DNA from: Octopus sinensis
Taxonomy: Eukaryota
Assembly: GCF_006345805.1 (NCBI RefSeq)
Contig: NC_043010.1
Span: 64,418,001 to 64,482,000 of the forward strand
Reading direction: 5' to 3'
Length of the DNA: 64,000 nt
The position numbers were made by a program, and so were the translations under genes. Shown here piece by piece: positions 25,790-40,100 of this stretch; within the stretch, counting starts at the first letter, position 1, and every line of letters begins with the position of its first letter. The notes under the pieces are model-generated. The model had not been told where the DNA came from. It saw only the letters and a program-made list of their open reading frames with translations, and made no database searches.

Positions 25790-28130
25790 TCCGTTCCCAT
25801 GATTATATATGAATGTTTCCACAAGCAGTCGTTTATACAGTCTTTTGTTGATATTTCTCCCGAAAGATTCCACTACTTCGGGATATTTAGTTTTTATGGA
25901 ACTGTATGTGTTTTGTGGTGTTAGGATGAATTTTATGCGTGTTCGTATGTTTTTGTTGGTGTGCTAAAATCGCTGTTTGAGGTCTGTACAGCTTCATATG
26001 TGTTCAATCAGTTCTTCATTGTTCATGTTTATTGCTGTGTAATTAAGGATATTTGAATATTGCTGGTGTTGAGATGTGCTTTCTGAGAGTTATGTGACTG
26101 AACTGGGTTGAGTTTCTGATTGTGGTGTCTGTGATGATTGTAATGGGGATGTTGTTGTTGACGGAACTGGTATGGTTGCTGTTGTGGTTGGCATTTGTGT
26201 ATTTGTTCGCAAAGCGTCTCTCTCCTCTGATCATATCTACCAGTTTTTTTGTTGGTGTCGGAGTGTTTTTATTTCTTTTTCTTGTTTTACACCTACCGAC
26301 TGAATATGTCTGATCCGAACACGGAAGGGGCATATCTGAAAGAGATTTTTACTATTGTTCTGTTGATAATAAAGTTCTTGTTTTAGGGGATTCTAATGCT
26401 GTTGTTTATGCTGCTGTGTGATATGTGGAAGCCATAAATGTTGGTGAGTTATCTGTTCTGTTTGCTGCAGTTGCTTCCACTGTTGTTTCTTGTTGTTGCT
26501 GCTGCTACTGCTGTTGTAGTCGCTGTTGCAGTTGCGGTTGATTTTACAGTTGTAGTGGTTCCCCGCCCCTGCTTGTGCTGTTGATATTGTAGTTGCGGAG
26601 GTGTCTGCAAATTTGGGGGACTCCCTTCTCTCTTTTGTTGTAGGCAAAAGGTTTTTAGAAGATTCTTGCACTAATGATGGTCACATTTGCATCAAGCGAC
26701 TTGAGATCGTTGAGCAAGTGACCTACTTCCAAACCGAAACCAGACTCCGGACATTTGCACATCTTACTATAAGTGTAGCCACTTAGGTTAAAATAAAGAA
26801 AATTAAGTTATTTATCTTCGTCATCGTGGACGACTGTTGAAACAGCCTTTACTTTTGACTGAAGGTTGTGGAAAGAGTTTTCTATGTCCTGGGAAAATTT
26901 CTGTTTTAAATTCAGATACATTTAAATTAACATTCTGTTTGAAGGAATTTTCAGGGGGTGTTCAGCAAAGCATTCCTCACTTATCAGAATGTTTTTGTTG
27001 TTAGTCTCTTCTCCAATCAACGCAATGTTGCTCTTTTGAACAACAGTGGAGTTGATGAAAGAAGTACATACACAAGCTGGTGACTGTTGGTCATTTTGTT
27101 GATCGGGTGTTTCTTTTTTTTTCCGCAATTTTTAATTCGTTTGTGCTTGTGAAAGTCTTTAAAAGCTGGTTTCCTTGCTGTGATGAAGGTGCTGATGTTG
27201 ATGTTTTGGTACTTGATATTGTGACGGATGTACTATATTGCCATCATGTCTTAAGGCTTTCAATTTGGGCCGGCCTCTATTTATATGAATTTGAGTCTTC
27301 CTCTTATCCCTGACAAAGGCCTTATGGTGAGATTTCAACGGATCTTCATCCCCAACGAGGTCTTTGCTTTTGTGAGGCCTCAGTTAGAGGAAAGACGCAG
27401 TTGTGAGGTAGTTTTAGTATTCTCACCTATTGTTTAAGGAAGGAATTTTTCTTGAGGAGTTGGTAGCGGTGGCAGAGTAAATCGTGCCTTCTCCACTGCG
27501 GAGCAAAAGGCTTCAAGGTGGTTAGTATTTCCTCAAACGAAATATTTGCGAAAAAAAAAAGGGAATCCGACTTATTTCTTCTGGAGGAACTAATATCTGG
27601 AATTCCATAAGAATTCTCCTCCTGTTGAATTGTTGGGTGGATTTCATCACAATATCTCCTTGCTCCTCCAAAATGACAGATTCTTGCCGGATCTCGATGA
27701 ACCAGCCCGTTCTTGACGTGAATTCAAGTCAACCTTTTACCCATATGATGAGGAATCATAAAGGTCTGGGACATGCGAGTAATTTTTATCATTGTTCTGC
27801 CTTCTTTCTTGCTGCTGCACATAGCTCTTGCCGTCCCATATTGTTTTCCTTTATATGTGTAGCACTGAGGATCACATAGTTTGGAGGAATTTTTTCTGTT
27901 TCTGCCAGAGTAGGAAATTTAAGTTTTCTCTCCTTGTGAGAAACGCTTTTATACAGAATAGTTTTTCATTCAGAGTTAGTTATTTACATCTTCATTGAGG
28001 GATAAATCCCCTGGTTTTAAAATATTATTTTTGTGTTGGGGGGATTTACCTTTCAGATCTTGCACCGGTCCACTGGCAAACATCTCTCAAGAAAAGATAG
28101 AGTGGATCTTTTCTTTTTGATGGACGGAAT
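25790..28130 (-). mobile_element. Composite degenerate Tx1-like LINE fragments (ORF1 and start of ORF2)
   Basis: ORF2 start-like VRCANVRSLVSVWK..LLNDLKSL near 26700-26800, homologous to 29500-29600; T/Q/N-rich ORF1-like tails. Confidence 0.55.
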
Positions 28131-28168
28131 TTTCTAGTTAACTAAAAAATTTGAAACTTCGTATACTG

Positions 28169-29169
28169 GTAGAATGTGTCAAAAGAAAACATTATTGTAA
28201 ACAAAATTGAAAACAAAATTGTAATTCGTAACTAACGTAGTTTAATTCTTCGAATTTTAACCAATGAAATCCCAGCATCTTCGAATTTTAACCAATGAAA
28301 TCCGAGCATTTGAGCTCAAATCATTTGCTGCATTATCGATATTGATAAAGAAACGTAGCAGACGCATGCCGCACACACACACACATATTCAGATACATAC
28401 ACACGTACACTTGCACACACACACTCTCTGTCACTCTCTCTCTCTCTCAAACACATGCATATACATTTGCACAAGCACATAGCAATTAATATATAAGCGT
28501 ACTCACACATACAAACGGAGATATACATACACACACATACAAACGGAGATATACATACACACACATACGCACACAAGCATACATACACGTTCGTGAGTTG
28601 GCCCTTGCCGCAACAAATTTACACAAAAGGTAAATAAACCAGAAGGGGGGGTCAATGTTTCATCGTTTCGGGGTCAATAAATTAAGTACCAATTACGCAC
28701 TGGTGTCGAGGATTTTTTCCCCATTTTATATCACAGCATCCGACAAGCTGGGACATCCTTTTATGAAAAAATATTTCGCAATTTTTTAGACCGCTTTAGG
28801 CATATTATTGTTTTGTTTTTGTTGTTTCTGGCCCTTCAAAACCATGGAAGAAGCCTTTTCGGTAAAAAAAAAATAAAGAAAATATTCAAAATACATCGTT
28901 AATATTTTTATTGGGCGACGAAATTCATCGATTTAAGAGATATAGCTGTTATTTCTAGCACATGTAGAAGACAGACGACAGAAGACAGAAGAGAGAAAGG
29001 ATGAATAAGATGTGTGTGTGTGTGAGTTTTTAGACGCAGCAAATGGTTTGAGCTCGAATGCTAGGATTTCATTGGTTAAAATTCGTAGAATTAAACTATG
29101 TTAAAGTTACGAATTACAATTTTGTTTTCAATTTTGTTTACAATAATGTTTTCTTTTGACACATTTTAC
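28169..29169. mobile_element. Foldback/MITE-like element with about 135-bp inverted arms
   Basis: 28169-28331 is the reverse complement of 29036-29169. Confidence 0.75.
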
Positions 29170-29170
29170 A

Positions 29171-30870
29171 TTTAAAACTCTATTCCAATACCCCACTAAT
29201 GCTAAAGAGCGGGACGCTCTTTGAAAAGATTCCAGGTGTCTAAAGAAATATAGCCGTCCTACCCCTGTCGAGGCACAGACGGCAACTAGCCTAAAAATAT
29301 GTCCTTCGCTGTCTCTCACGTCTAAGACCACCGACTTACTTTCCGGATTCAGGAAGATCGTCCGTATTATAAAACCCAGATTTTTCCGAACCACCTCCCA
29401 CTCCCGGACGACTTGGAGATGCGTACACCTCAGAGTCATGGAAAATAGGTCGGAAGTCCCGTGAGTTGGAAATTCTGGTTTCACTAATAGCCACTACGTC
29501 AACATTCAGTTACCTGGGGTCGTTGAGCAGGTGACCTGCTTCCAAGGCGACCTCAGGCCACGTACCTTCACGCTGTCGATTTTGTACACGACCATATTGT
29601 CGGAAAAAGAGAAGAAAAGAAATGGAAAACTTACTTGGTTTTGTTTGGAGTGGTAGATTGCCCGTCCCACCCGTTGGTATGGGGGTGTTTCCAACAGCAA
29701 ATCACCCACAGCTCTCTTGGTGATGTTCTGGCGAAAAGTGTGTGTGTGTATATTCTTTGTGTTGTTTGAATGATTTGTATGTTTGCAGGTACGGAGAATC
29801 TGAGTGTGGTAAAATCTTTTGGTGTAATATTTGTGCATGTTATATATGTCATTAATTCATCGTTGTTTGAATTTTGTGTTCGTTGTTGTTGTTGCTGTGG
29901 TGGTGGTGGTTGTGATTGTTGTTGCATGTGTGAAATGGTTTGTGTTTCCGGTGTTAGAGGTGGTGGTGTCGATGCAGTGTTTGTTTTGGGCGTGTTTGTT
30001 TTTGCTGTTTTGATTTTTTCTTCTCCACTTCTTGTGTGGATGAGGATTGTTGTGGTAGTTGTTTGTCCATATGTTTATTTTTCCTTCTCTCTCTTATGTT
30101 TTTTTTTTTTTTGTTTTTAACTGCTAGTCTTCATCGCGGTCCGTCTCTCCAGCTATGATGTCCACTCGCTCTGCATCGGGAAGTGGAATATCTTCCGGCG
30201 ATGAGAAGTGTTTGAGTGAATTCGATGTCGGTATGGTTATTGGTGTTAGTGTTGGTGGTGCTATGGTTGAATCTACTGCTGGTGATGGTGCTGCTGCTGT
30301 TGTCGTTGGAGTTCTGGTGGCCGATGTTGGTGTAGAGAGCGAAGGTGCCCGTCTCTCTTTTTCGTTTATCTTAGGGCAGTCAATTTTTAAATGCTTGGGT
30401 GAAAAGCAAAAGTAGCCTTTTGGTTTTCTTCCATCAACCCTGAACGGAATTATGCTACCTCTAGGAGGAAGGATCTAGCCTGGGAGAGATCCACATTTTA
30501 TTGTGTTGTTTGAATGAGGAGTTCTACGGCCATCCCAGAGCAGTCTTCCTTTATGGTATGATAGGCTTCGAGGATTTTCGAGTTTTCCTCAATATCTATC
30601 AGCACTGCCGCAATTAGCCAAGGAATGGCTATTTCTGGCACACCGGCTGGATTATAATTTTTGAGGGGATTCAGAGAGTGATGTTTGGCTTCTTTCTCTG
30701 TGTAGAATTGAACGTCCACCATTCCATAGGTCTTTCCTTACTGTATATATTCCTTTAGATTCCAGACTGAACCTAAAGCTTGTTATATTTGAGCCTCTGC
30801 GGCTCTTTCCACCCTCCTTGACTTTAACCCGATTGTACGGTATGTCACTGTGCGACATATCGAAGCATGG
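29171..30870 (-). mobile_element. Tx1-like LINE 5' half (ORF1 with zinc knuckle, APE endonuclease start)
   Basis: VPFRVDGRKPKGYFCFSPKHLKIDCP; SVVLDVRDSEGHIFRLVAVCA...LALVGYWN. Confidence 0.75.
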
Positions 30871-30879
30871 ATTGTCTCA

Positions 30880-31162
30880 GGTGGGGTATTCCACAAATAT
30901 GTGTATGTGTGTGTGTACAAGAAAACTATGTAAAACTTTACATATGCATATAAAGTAAAACAAAATCGGAAAAATAATCCAGAATCCTTGTCCGGTGCCG
31001 AATCGACCCCAAAATTTAATGAGACCGTCCCATTTGCAAAGCCAAATATCCCTGCAGTTCGTTTCGGATCCATCCCGCGGTTCTTGAGATATCTTGTCCA
31101 CGGACAAACAAACAAACAAACGAACACGAATGAAAACAATACCTCTGCCTTCGCTAAGGCGG

Positions 31163-31168
<6 letters not shown>
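30880..31168 (+). mobile_element. Non-autonomous Helentron/DINE-like element (tentative)
   Basis: (ACAA)n tract then gaaaacaatacctctgccttcgctaaggcggtggtaat terminal hairpin. Confidence 0.45.
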
Positions 31169-31199
<31 letters not shown>

Positions 31200-31208
31200 G
31201 GTAATATT

Positions 31209-31732
31209 CCCTGATGCAGTACAAGGCAGTGGCTTTCATGGCTTCTCATGTACATTGTTTTGTTTTTGTATAAAAGATGGGTTACAGATAATATTCTGCT
31301 CAATACGACAGATTTGCTTGTTAGTTGCTTGACCTTAACCAGTTGAGCATGTCCCTTAATGACTGACAATATGTGCATCCCTGATTGTGAGCAGAAGTAG
31401 TGGGGGAGTATCATAGCCATGTGTTGAGAGGAATTCTTTGATGTTTGGATAATTCACCTCTGGAAACATGGGTGTTTCGTCCAACATCCTCAAACAACCC
31501 CTTTTCAAGGACTTTTTGAGCGGGATGGGTCACTCGACCTGATGAAAATTCTAAATGGGCCCCATCTACAAGGTCATGCACTGTTAATCTTGATATGAGA
31601 TCACCATGTTGCGCACATATGGTTATGATGCATGTACCTGGTGTACCCTTATTAGACGGGTAGTCATTATGGGTATACTGGGCTTCGTATATTTTACCCC
31701 AGTGTCACTTTGATGGCATGCACTGCTCCCTC
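31209..31732 (+). mobile_element. AAT-associated SINE-like element, copy E (full length)
   Basis: (AAT)n on both sides; same 5' and 3' ends as copy B. Confidence 0.88.
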
Positions 31733-31763
<31 letters not shown>

Positions 31764-31766
<3 letters not shown>

Positions 31767-34331
31767 GAACAGCTAAAACAAAATATCTTCGCCAAAGAAC
31801 AAAAAATCCGCATGTATGAAAAATGCCAACGTTTCTTTGAACAAACGTTCAACTCCAACCCCAAAAGAGTCTACCAAGAACTTGACAAAAGCAAAACAGA
31901 GAACAATGCAGCACTAACAACAGAAGAAGTGGAATAGTGTCTGAAAGAAATGTTGTCAGTGAAGGAACAACCTCAGAAAAGAACTATCAAAACAACGAAC
32001 TCAGCACCTGAACAACTCTGAACTCCAGTAACAACTGAAAAGGACACCCAGGCACTGCAAAAACTAAGCAACGGGAAGACACCTGGGCACAATAAGACAC
32101 CCAACTTCTGGTTAAAATACCTGACTGAAATACATAAATAGCTGGCTGAGAAATTTAATGAAATACTATCAGAGCCGGCATGGCTCACAGATGGGAAAAC
32201 TATCCTAATTCCCAAATTCACTGAAACAGCAAACCCAAAAATTACAGACCGGTAACTTATCTCCATACAGTTTACAAAGCCTTTATTCCAATAACGTTGC
32301 AGAAAATGAGTAAGCATCTGGAAGAAAACAACCCATTTCCTGGAGAGCAGAAGGAATGCTGCAAGGATTCATACGGCTGTAAAGATCAGCTACCGATCAA
32401 TAAAGCCATAACTGAAGACAGTCGCCGAAAGACAAAGGGTATGGCCTGGATCGATTACCGATAGGCTTTTGATAGTATTTCTCACAGATGGATCCTACAA
32501 ACAAGCCATGAACAAGGTACCACCAATATGAAGAAGGTAACACCAATAATCATAAAATATATAAAACATTTCATGAATAAATGGCAGACAGTGCTAGAGA
32601 TCCAGACAAATGAGGGACTCATAAAACCAAATCTATCCCCATTAGAAGAGAAATATTCCAGAGAGACACTCTCTCCACTCCTTTTCTGCTTGGCACTGAC
32701 ACCTTTATCTGATATGCTAAAAAAACTGGATGTGGATACAACGGTTACGGCAAAACAATTAGCCACCTCTTATATATAGATGATCTAAAACTATACACTA
32801 CAAATGATAAACACCTGGAAACATTACTGCAGATAGCACATTGATTTACCAAAGAAATAAACATGAAATTTGGCTTAGAAAAATGTTCCAAAGCAAACGT
32901 AAAAAGAAGAATGCTAGTCAAGAGTAGCAACATCACACTGGATAAAGCAAATAAAATAAAAGAATTATGCCAAAACCAGACATACAAATACTTAGGAATC
33001 AATGAACAAGATACGATACAAATGAAAGAGAAGATAAGAAAAGAATACTATAGATGAGTTAGATTAATACTGAAAACAGAGCTCAATGTGAAAAACAAGA
33101 TAATAGGTATCAACACTCTAGCCATCCCTGTTATAGGTTACAGCTACAATATCCTTAACTGGACTCTAAACGAACTTATCAAAATATAAGGAGAACAAGA
33201 AAAACAATGACAGGATTTAGGATGCACCAACCAAAATCTGACATGAAAGTTTATATATACAATGTGTGGAAGGTGGTAGAGGCCTTATACTGCTAGAAAG
33301 CTATTACAAAATAACCACCAGGGGACTACAAAAATACCTACTTCAGAAACAAGGAAAACTAGTACAAATAGCCTCAAAAGATGAACATTACAAAAAGCTG
33401 TTTTCAGTCTTTAAGGAAGCTAACAGATACAAAAAAGAAGTCCCTGTACCTAATAACAATGAAGAAAAAGAAGAAACAGCTGAAATCCAAACTAAAACTG
33501 AATCAGCAATGGATCATGATAAAACGGTGTCAAGAAAAGCCCCTTCATGCAAATACTGGGTCAAAACTAAATGCGAAAGAAATAGACAAAGCAAAATCCC
33601 AACAATGGCTGAGAGGCTCAGCCCAAATTGAAGGATTTTTAATTGCAGCGGAAGACCAAAGCCTCCCCATAAGAAATTACCAAAAACATATAATGAAAAA
33701 AAAAAGGACACAAGTGACTGCAGAATATGTGGAGATGGATACGAAGCAATAAACCATATTGTCTCTGGCTGCCCAGTCCTGGCTAAGAAGGAATATGCCA
33801 ACACTAAGGAATAACAACAGAAAAGATGGTATAGGCACACGCCAGAAAAGGTCACAGAAAATGAGAAAGCAGCCATACTATGGGATATGCCAATATACAC
33901 AGATAGAGAAATTAAGGCCAATAGGCCGGATATAGTTATTAGAAATCATCAAGAAAAATGCTTTCTAATCGATGTATCAATACCAACATATGATAACGTT
34001 TCTCTAAAAGAAATGAAGAAACTTTCAAAATACAAAGACCTGGAAATAGAGGTAACTCGAATATGGAGTCTAAAAATGCAAACAATTCCTCTCATAGTAA
34101 GCGCATTAGGTATTACAATAATATTCAGGCAAATACATAACAAAACTACCATAACTAACAAGTATATATAACATACAAAAAATAGCATTACTAGGCACCT
34201 CACACATCCTACGTAAAACAATTTCAATACAGTAAAAATAAGAGCATCACAATAAACCATAGCACAACCCAAGGCACACAGAGCTGTGCTCGGTAGTGCA
34301 GTGAAAGCACGTGATAAAACAAGACTACTGA
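31764..34331 (+). mobile_element. R4/Dong-clade retrotransposon, 5'-truncated, multiply frameshifted
   Basis: RT remnants (LSPLLFCLAL, YIDDLKLY, MKFGLEKC), RLE (ANRPDIVIR..KYKDLEIE); same 3' UTR as 10024-10120; AAT/GAT tail. Confidence 0.92.
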
Positions 34332-34369
34332 ATAATGATGATGATGATAATAATAATGGAGAAAAGGCT

Positions 34370-34720
34370 TATGCTTGAGTGTCTCTGATGAATTAGACGG
34401 GTGATGCGGTCAAAATGTAATGGAAGGAAAAAAGTTTCAAGCAATCAATACATGGGCAACTGCATTCGTGAAGTATGAGATAATTATCCTCAATGAGAGG
34501 AAAGAGAAGTTACAGAAGCTACATCGAAAATAGAGGAATCTACTCACAATGCACGGAGCAATCCACAGCAAGAACAATATTGACAGGCTGTATGTAACCA
34601 GACACAAAGATGAGGGCTAATAAGCTATGAATGTTATATATTCTTAGAAGAGAATAGCTTAGAGTGTTGTATCAACAGTGCCATAAAATCTTTCCGTGTT
34701 CAGGGGTAATATCTGGTATA
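34370..34720 (+). mobile_element. R4/Dong-like fragment, older subfamily
   Basis: QAINTWA, LLTMHGAIHSKNNIDRLYV remnants; resembles 63290-64000. Confidence 0.6.
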
Positions 34721-36055
34721 GCCAAGACAGAAACTTGCGTGGAGGCAGAGAACTACAAAGAAGTACGGAAGTCGAAAGTAAATGGAATGGAAACCGATAT
34801 AGGGTCAGTTTGCGAGAGAGAGAGAGAGAGAGAGAGTGAGAGAGAGAGAAAGAGGAGTACGGATACAGATGGCGATGAAAGATGGCTCTACAATCTTACG
34901 CAAGTTTTATTTGTGGCAGAATCTGAAAATCTGCCATTATATCTTTTAAGTTCTGAAGAAAATGATTGGAGACTAACTGTTCCGTTAATTAATCGATTAA
35001 TTGGTAAATCGATTTATTGATTGATTATACATGCAAGCCATCGTTTAGCGTGGAAACAATTCCTTAAGGCACTCGAAACGTTCGTAAGTGGATATAGTTA
35101 CGTAATATCAAACTTATTCATTCTTGCTACACACACACAGTATCTTGATATTTCACACAGGTCTTGCGAGATTATTAGCTTAGAACTCCATATACGTATG
35201 CTTCAGAACGAGGTGTTAGACGAGTATAGAGTAGTAATAAGAACATGAAATAACAAAGGAATATAATGATTATGTTATGTACTTCATTAACTTACAACTG
35301 TTTCTGCTATAGATGCAATAAACTCATAGTTGAATACCTGAATAACACTTTATAGCTTCGTTGGAGTTTTGAATAGGAAGTGCAATTTATTTGGGAAAAT
35401 AATATTTGTACATATATTTAGAGAAAGCCATTTCTATATATACTTTTGTTTCTGATGTTTTGATTTTCATATTAAAGGAGAGGTAAATTTAGATACGTTG
35501 CAGGTGTGTTTTGACTAAAATATTTCTGATAATTTTAGGGTGGTTAGATATTTTGCTTATATATTGAAGGTTTTCCTTTTGTTTGTGGTATGGAAAAGTA
35601 GTGAATTTTAAAAACTTGCAATGAAGTACAAGATATAACTGAAAGATGACTGAGTTCTAAACAACGTGAAGCCACAAAAATGATCAAATGAGAAATGAAA
35701 TAAACTCTTCCTTTAAGTAATTATAAATTAAAATAACAATTATTACAATGGTGAATATCTTAACTTTCTTAGATTTTGAGTCAATTGTAGAAGACAAAAT
35801 CACTGAGAAGATCACAGCTCTCTGGATAAAGACTTTCACATCCTTATCAACAATTTATTTATTAACAATAACTAAATGAATTACACTTAGTATGTATGTG
35901 TGTGTGTGTATATGTGTGTGCCTTTAATCAAAAAGCACTCCCAGAATATAACAACATCAGTTTCAACACACATCCTCATTTCAATAATCATGCAAAAGAA
36001 ATACAAACCTACATGCACATATACAAGATTATATTTATTCATTCTTTCTCCTATT

Positions 36056-36099
<44 letters not shown>

Positions 36100-36974
36100 T
36101 ATAACATATGGTATAACTATAAACAGGGCAAATTTTAACCATTTCTCCGCAGACTGAAAAAAATCTCTTTTCGAACCTTATTGGGTTCTCATCAGAGGTG
36201 TCTACACTATTCTGACAGTCTCCAGAGAAACAATCAGCCAAACTGTTTATATACTCAACAAATGCAGCAGTTACTCTATGAAAGAGTCCATAATTTCCGT
36301 ACTGAAACTGTTTAACACTCTATAAATACCAGCGGTTTGTCAACGGCGATCTTAGTCCACACAGTATCAAGGTATAGCTTTGAATGTCGAATAGTCTCTT
36401 CAGACAACTAAGAAACACAAAAACCAACACAAGGAATACAGATGGAACATTCCCATCAAAACAGCTGTCAAGTGAAAGCGTAACAGGTCGGACATTGTTA
36501 TTTGAGACAGACAAGAAAAACTATGTACCATCTTGTCTAGATCATAAATTCAAATTTGCATTAATAATAATTGGTGCACTTAGTTTTGTGAGCAAATGCC
36601 TAAGTGACAATCTGGATAAGATTGAGTTTTCAGAAAAATGAATCAACCAACTAACTCGCAATTTCCAAAAACAATTTGTAAGTGGAACACTAAAAATATA
36701 GAAGGCTTTTCTGAAGTTGAAAATGTGACATTGTTTTTGCTATCAACATCATAACGACGGAGCTTTGTATCTTTGTTAGAAATCAGCTCTTTCCTCAGAA
36801 GAACATAGAAAATAAAAAGCTTAAGTGAACATAAATACAAATATATATATAAGTACGATATATATATATATATATAAAGTTAATCCAAACATGAAAACAC
36901 AACGCAAGGACGTGGAAAAAGTATAGTATTATTGGACGCTTAGGAAAGAAGAAGGGTTTAACGTTTCGAGCGGA

Positions 36975-37060
36975 GCTAAGACACTTGCACAAGGTGCCAC
37001 GTAGTGGGACTGAATCCAGAACCATGTGGTTGGGAAGGAAGCTTCTTAGGACACAACTAC
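36975..37060 (-). mobile_element. tRNA-derived SINE head fragment
   Basis: Minus strand agcttccttcccaaccacatggttctggattcagtcccactacgtggcacc (B-box-like). Confidence 0.6.
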
Positions 37061-37115
37061 TCTACTCCTGCGGCATATATATGTATATTTATTTATTTGT
37101 ATGTATGTATGTGTA

Positions 37116-40100
37116 TGTATGGCCATTGCACATGGCTTAACTGTTATTGGTGCTGTGATCGAATGTGACTTCTTAGCACAGCTAAAGATCTACAATGTCT
37201 TGGACAGAATTGGCAGCTAAAACCTTCACTGGCAATAGCCGGCTGTAATTGTAATTGGGCTTCATGTACCTTTGCATGTCATTTAAGTCCTCCCATTGAA
37301 TCACACTTCCTTCTTCATGCCTGACAGAAATGATTAGTATGGTGTGTAACACCACCACCAGCGTACGGTCTTGCACAGACACTGCATGTCAGAGTCATAG
37401 GAGGACCCTTGTCTGGAAGTGCAACAGCGATGCCCTTCCTGACATCCCTCCTTACTTTCTCATGCGCAACTCAAGATTTCTCAAACGAAGCTGTCCCTCT
37501 TGCACAACCCTCTCCACATACTACAGTCAAAAGCTATGCCCTCCTATGTGTCAGGAGAGATGCTAGCATCTTTCAATGAAGCCTTTGGCATGTCTTTATA
37601 CCTCTTTTTTGGTTTATGTTGAGGTCGTTCTCCTTTAGTTAACTCTCTATAAAAGCGTTGTTTTGGCATTCTTGAATCTTTCATCCTGACTAGATGACCA
37701 CTACATCAGAGCCTTTGCTTCAACACAAGAACTTCTATACTTTCACACCGAGAGCTTTTCAATATCTCAAGATCACTGATATACATCTGATGGAAACGCT
37801 CCAGCTGTTTAAGGTGGTATCGATATGTGACCCGGGTTTCGCAGGCATAAAGAAGAGCAGAGAGCACACATGCCTTGTACACCTATATCGTTGTCTTCCT
37901 ACATATGTCTCACCGACTCCAGAGGCGCCTTTCTAGCCTTCCGAAAGCATTACTTGCTTTCCTAATTCTGTATGGAATTTAACTATACAAATTGCTATAT
38001 CTATAAACAGTGTTTCCCAGGTAGACAAACTGATCCACTACACCAAGTCATTTACCATACACATAGATATTTGGTTCACTATACTGCTTACCGGAGGCAG
38101 GCTGGTACATGAGAATAGTTTTCTTGAAACTGACTGTCAATCCTAAGCAGCGCAAGCATCGGAGAATGCATTCAAAATGTCTGTGTGAGCTACAACATCA
38201 CCATCATCAGCATACAAACGGTCTCTTATGATAGTGGTAAATACCTTTGTTTTTGCAGCAAAGCGCCTGATATTAAATATGCTGCCAGGGGTTCGATAAT
38301 GGATGTAAACACCATATCTGCAGTTTTTGAACGCAATACTGAAAACCATCAAATAATATATGGCAAATAGGATCGGTGCCAGAATATCCCCGTTTCACTC
38401 CATTTTGTATTGAGATAGGCTCCGACATTTTACCTCCAACATTAATCTTACCCTTCATGTCTTCATGAAAAGATCTTACCAAAGCAAGGAACTTTTTAGG
38501 ACAACCAAGTTTCTGGAGGATTTTCCACAGTGCATTTCTATTAACGGTATCAAAGGCCTTTGTCAGATCGACAAAAAACTGATATAAATCCAGACCCTGT
38601 TCCACACACTTCTCCTGAAGCTGTCTAGCTGAGTAGATCACCTCAGCAGTGCCGTGTCCCACACGAAAGCCAGATTGACTTTCTGGAAGAACACAATCTG
38701 CAACGTGCTTCAGCAGATGATCCAGAAGTACCCTGCATAAAATCTTTCCTACGACAGAAAGCAATGATATTCCCCTATAGTTACCACAATCATTCCTATT
38801 GCCCTTTTCCTAATATCAGACCACCATTACTGTATCTCTCCAGTCCTCAGGTACAGATTCACTAGCCCATATCCTGCCAAACAAGGAGTGAAGTTGCTGC
38901 AGAAGTTTCCCACCGCCATGCAGTAACTCCGCCTGTATGCCATCCATACCCGGAGATCTCTCATTATTTATCCTTGAGACAGCTACAGTAACTTCTTCAG
39001 CATTGGTGATTCCGCGAGAGCCACCTTCACAGGTAACTCAGGGATGAGATTGAGAATATCCTCACTAACTACAGACTGCTGATTCAAAAGTTCATCAAAG
39101 TGTTCTCACCACCTTCGCAGAATCCCTTGTGAATCATGGAGTTCTTTAACATCTCTGCTTCGAAGTGGTGTCATCAGAGAAGTCGATCCATAGACTTTTC
39201 GCAAGAGACCATAAAACTTTATGTTGTTGGAATCTGACGCCGCTTGTATCTCATCAGCCTTCTTACTCCACCACGTATCCCTCATTTGAGAGAGCCTCTG
39301 CCTCACATGTAATTTCACATCTTTGAGTTCCCCATGCAACACACTCTCTCCTGTGGCTTTGCTGACAAACAGCGTGACAAAGTACATCTTTTATCAGTCA
39401 ATAAATCATCTATATGCTCATCATTTTCTTTAAACTAATCTTGATGCGCTCTTTGCATCAATCCCAGAACTTTCCTGCCTATATCATAAACTGGCTTTTA
39501 AAGGGTCGGCCAATCCTCACCAATATCTGCTACATTCATTTCCTCTCGTAAAGTTCTCTTCACACTATTACGCCTAAGACTAGTAGCATTCAGTCTTTTA
39601 GACAGAGTAATACCTGCAGCACGGATTTTACCTTTTGTGATTAATTTCACTTTTGCACGTACCAGACTGTGGTCAGTCCAACACTCAGCCCTACGAAGAA
39701 TACGAACACACTGCACATTCGTCTGTCATGCACCCTAACAAGGATGTAATCCAGAATATGCTATTCTTTAGATGCAGGTTGCATCCATGTAGTCATAAAC
39801 TTATTCTTTTGTTGAAACATGGTATTGGTAACACACTGACGCAGATCCTCGCACATCTGCAGCTGAAGCATACCATTACTATAACACTTTCCCACCCCAT
39901 GCTTTCCAGTTACAGTCTATGTATTAAAATCCCTACCCACTCTAGCATTAAAGTCACCCAGTACAATGACTTTGTCTGCTCGAAGGATATTTTTTATAAT
40001 GCCCTTCAAAGCATGGCAAAAAGAAACTTTTTGTCATCAATAGAGCAGATAGTTGGAGCATACACACTCACCAAGGTCACATAATTTCCTTTAATCAAAG

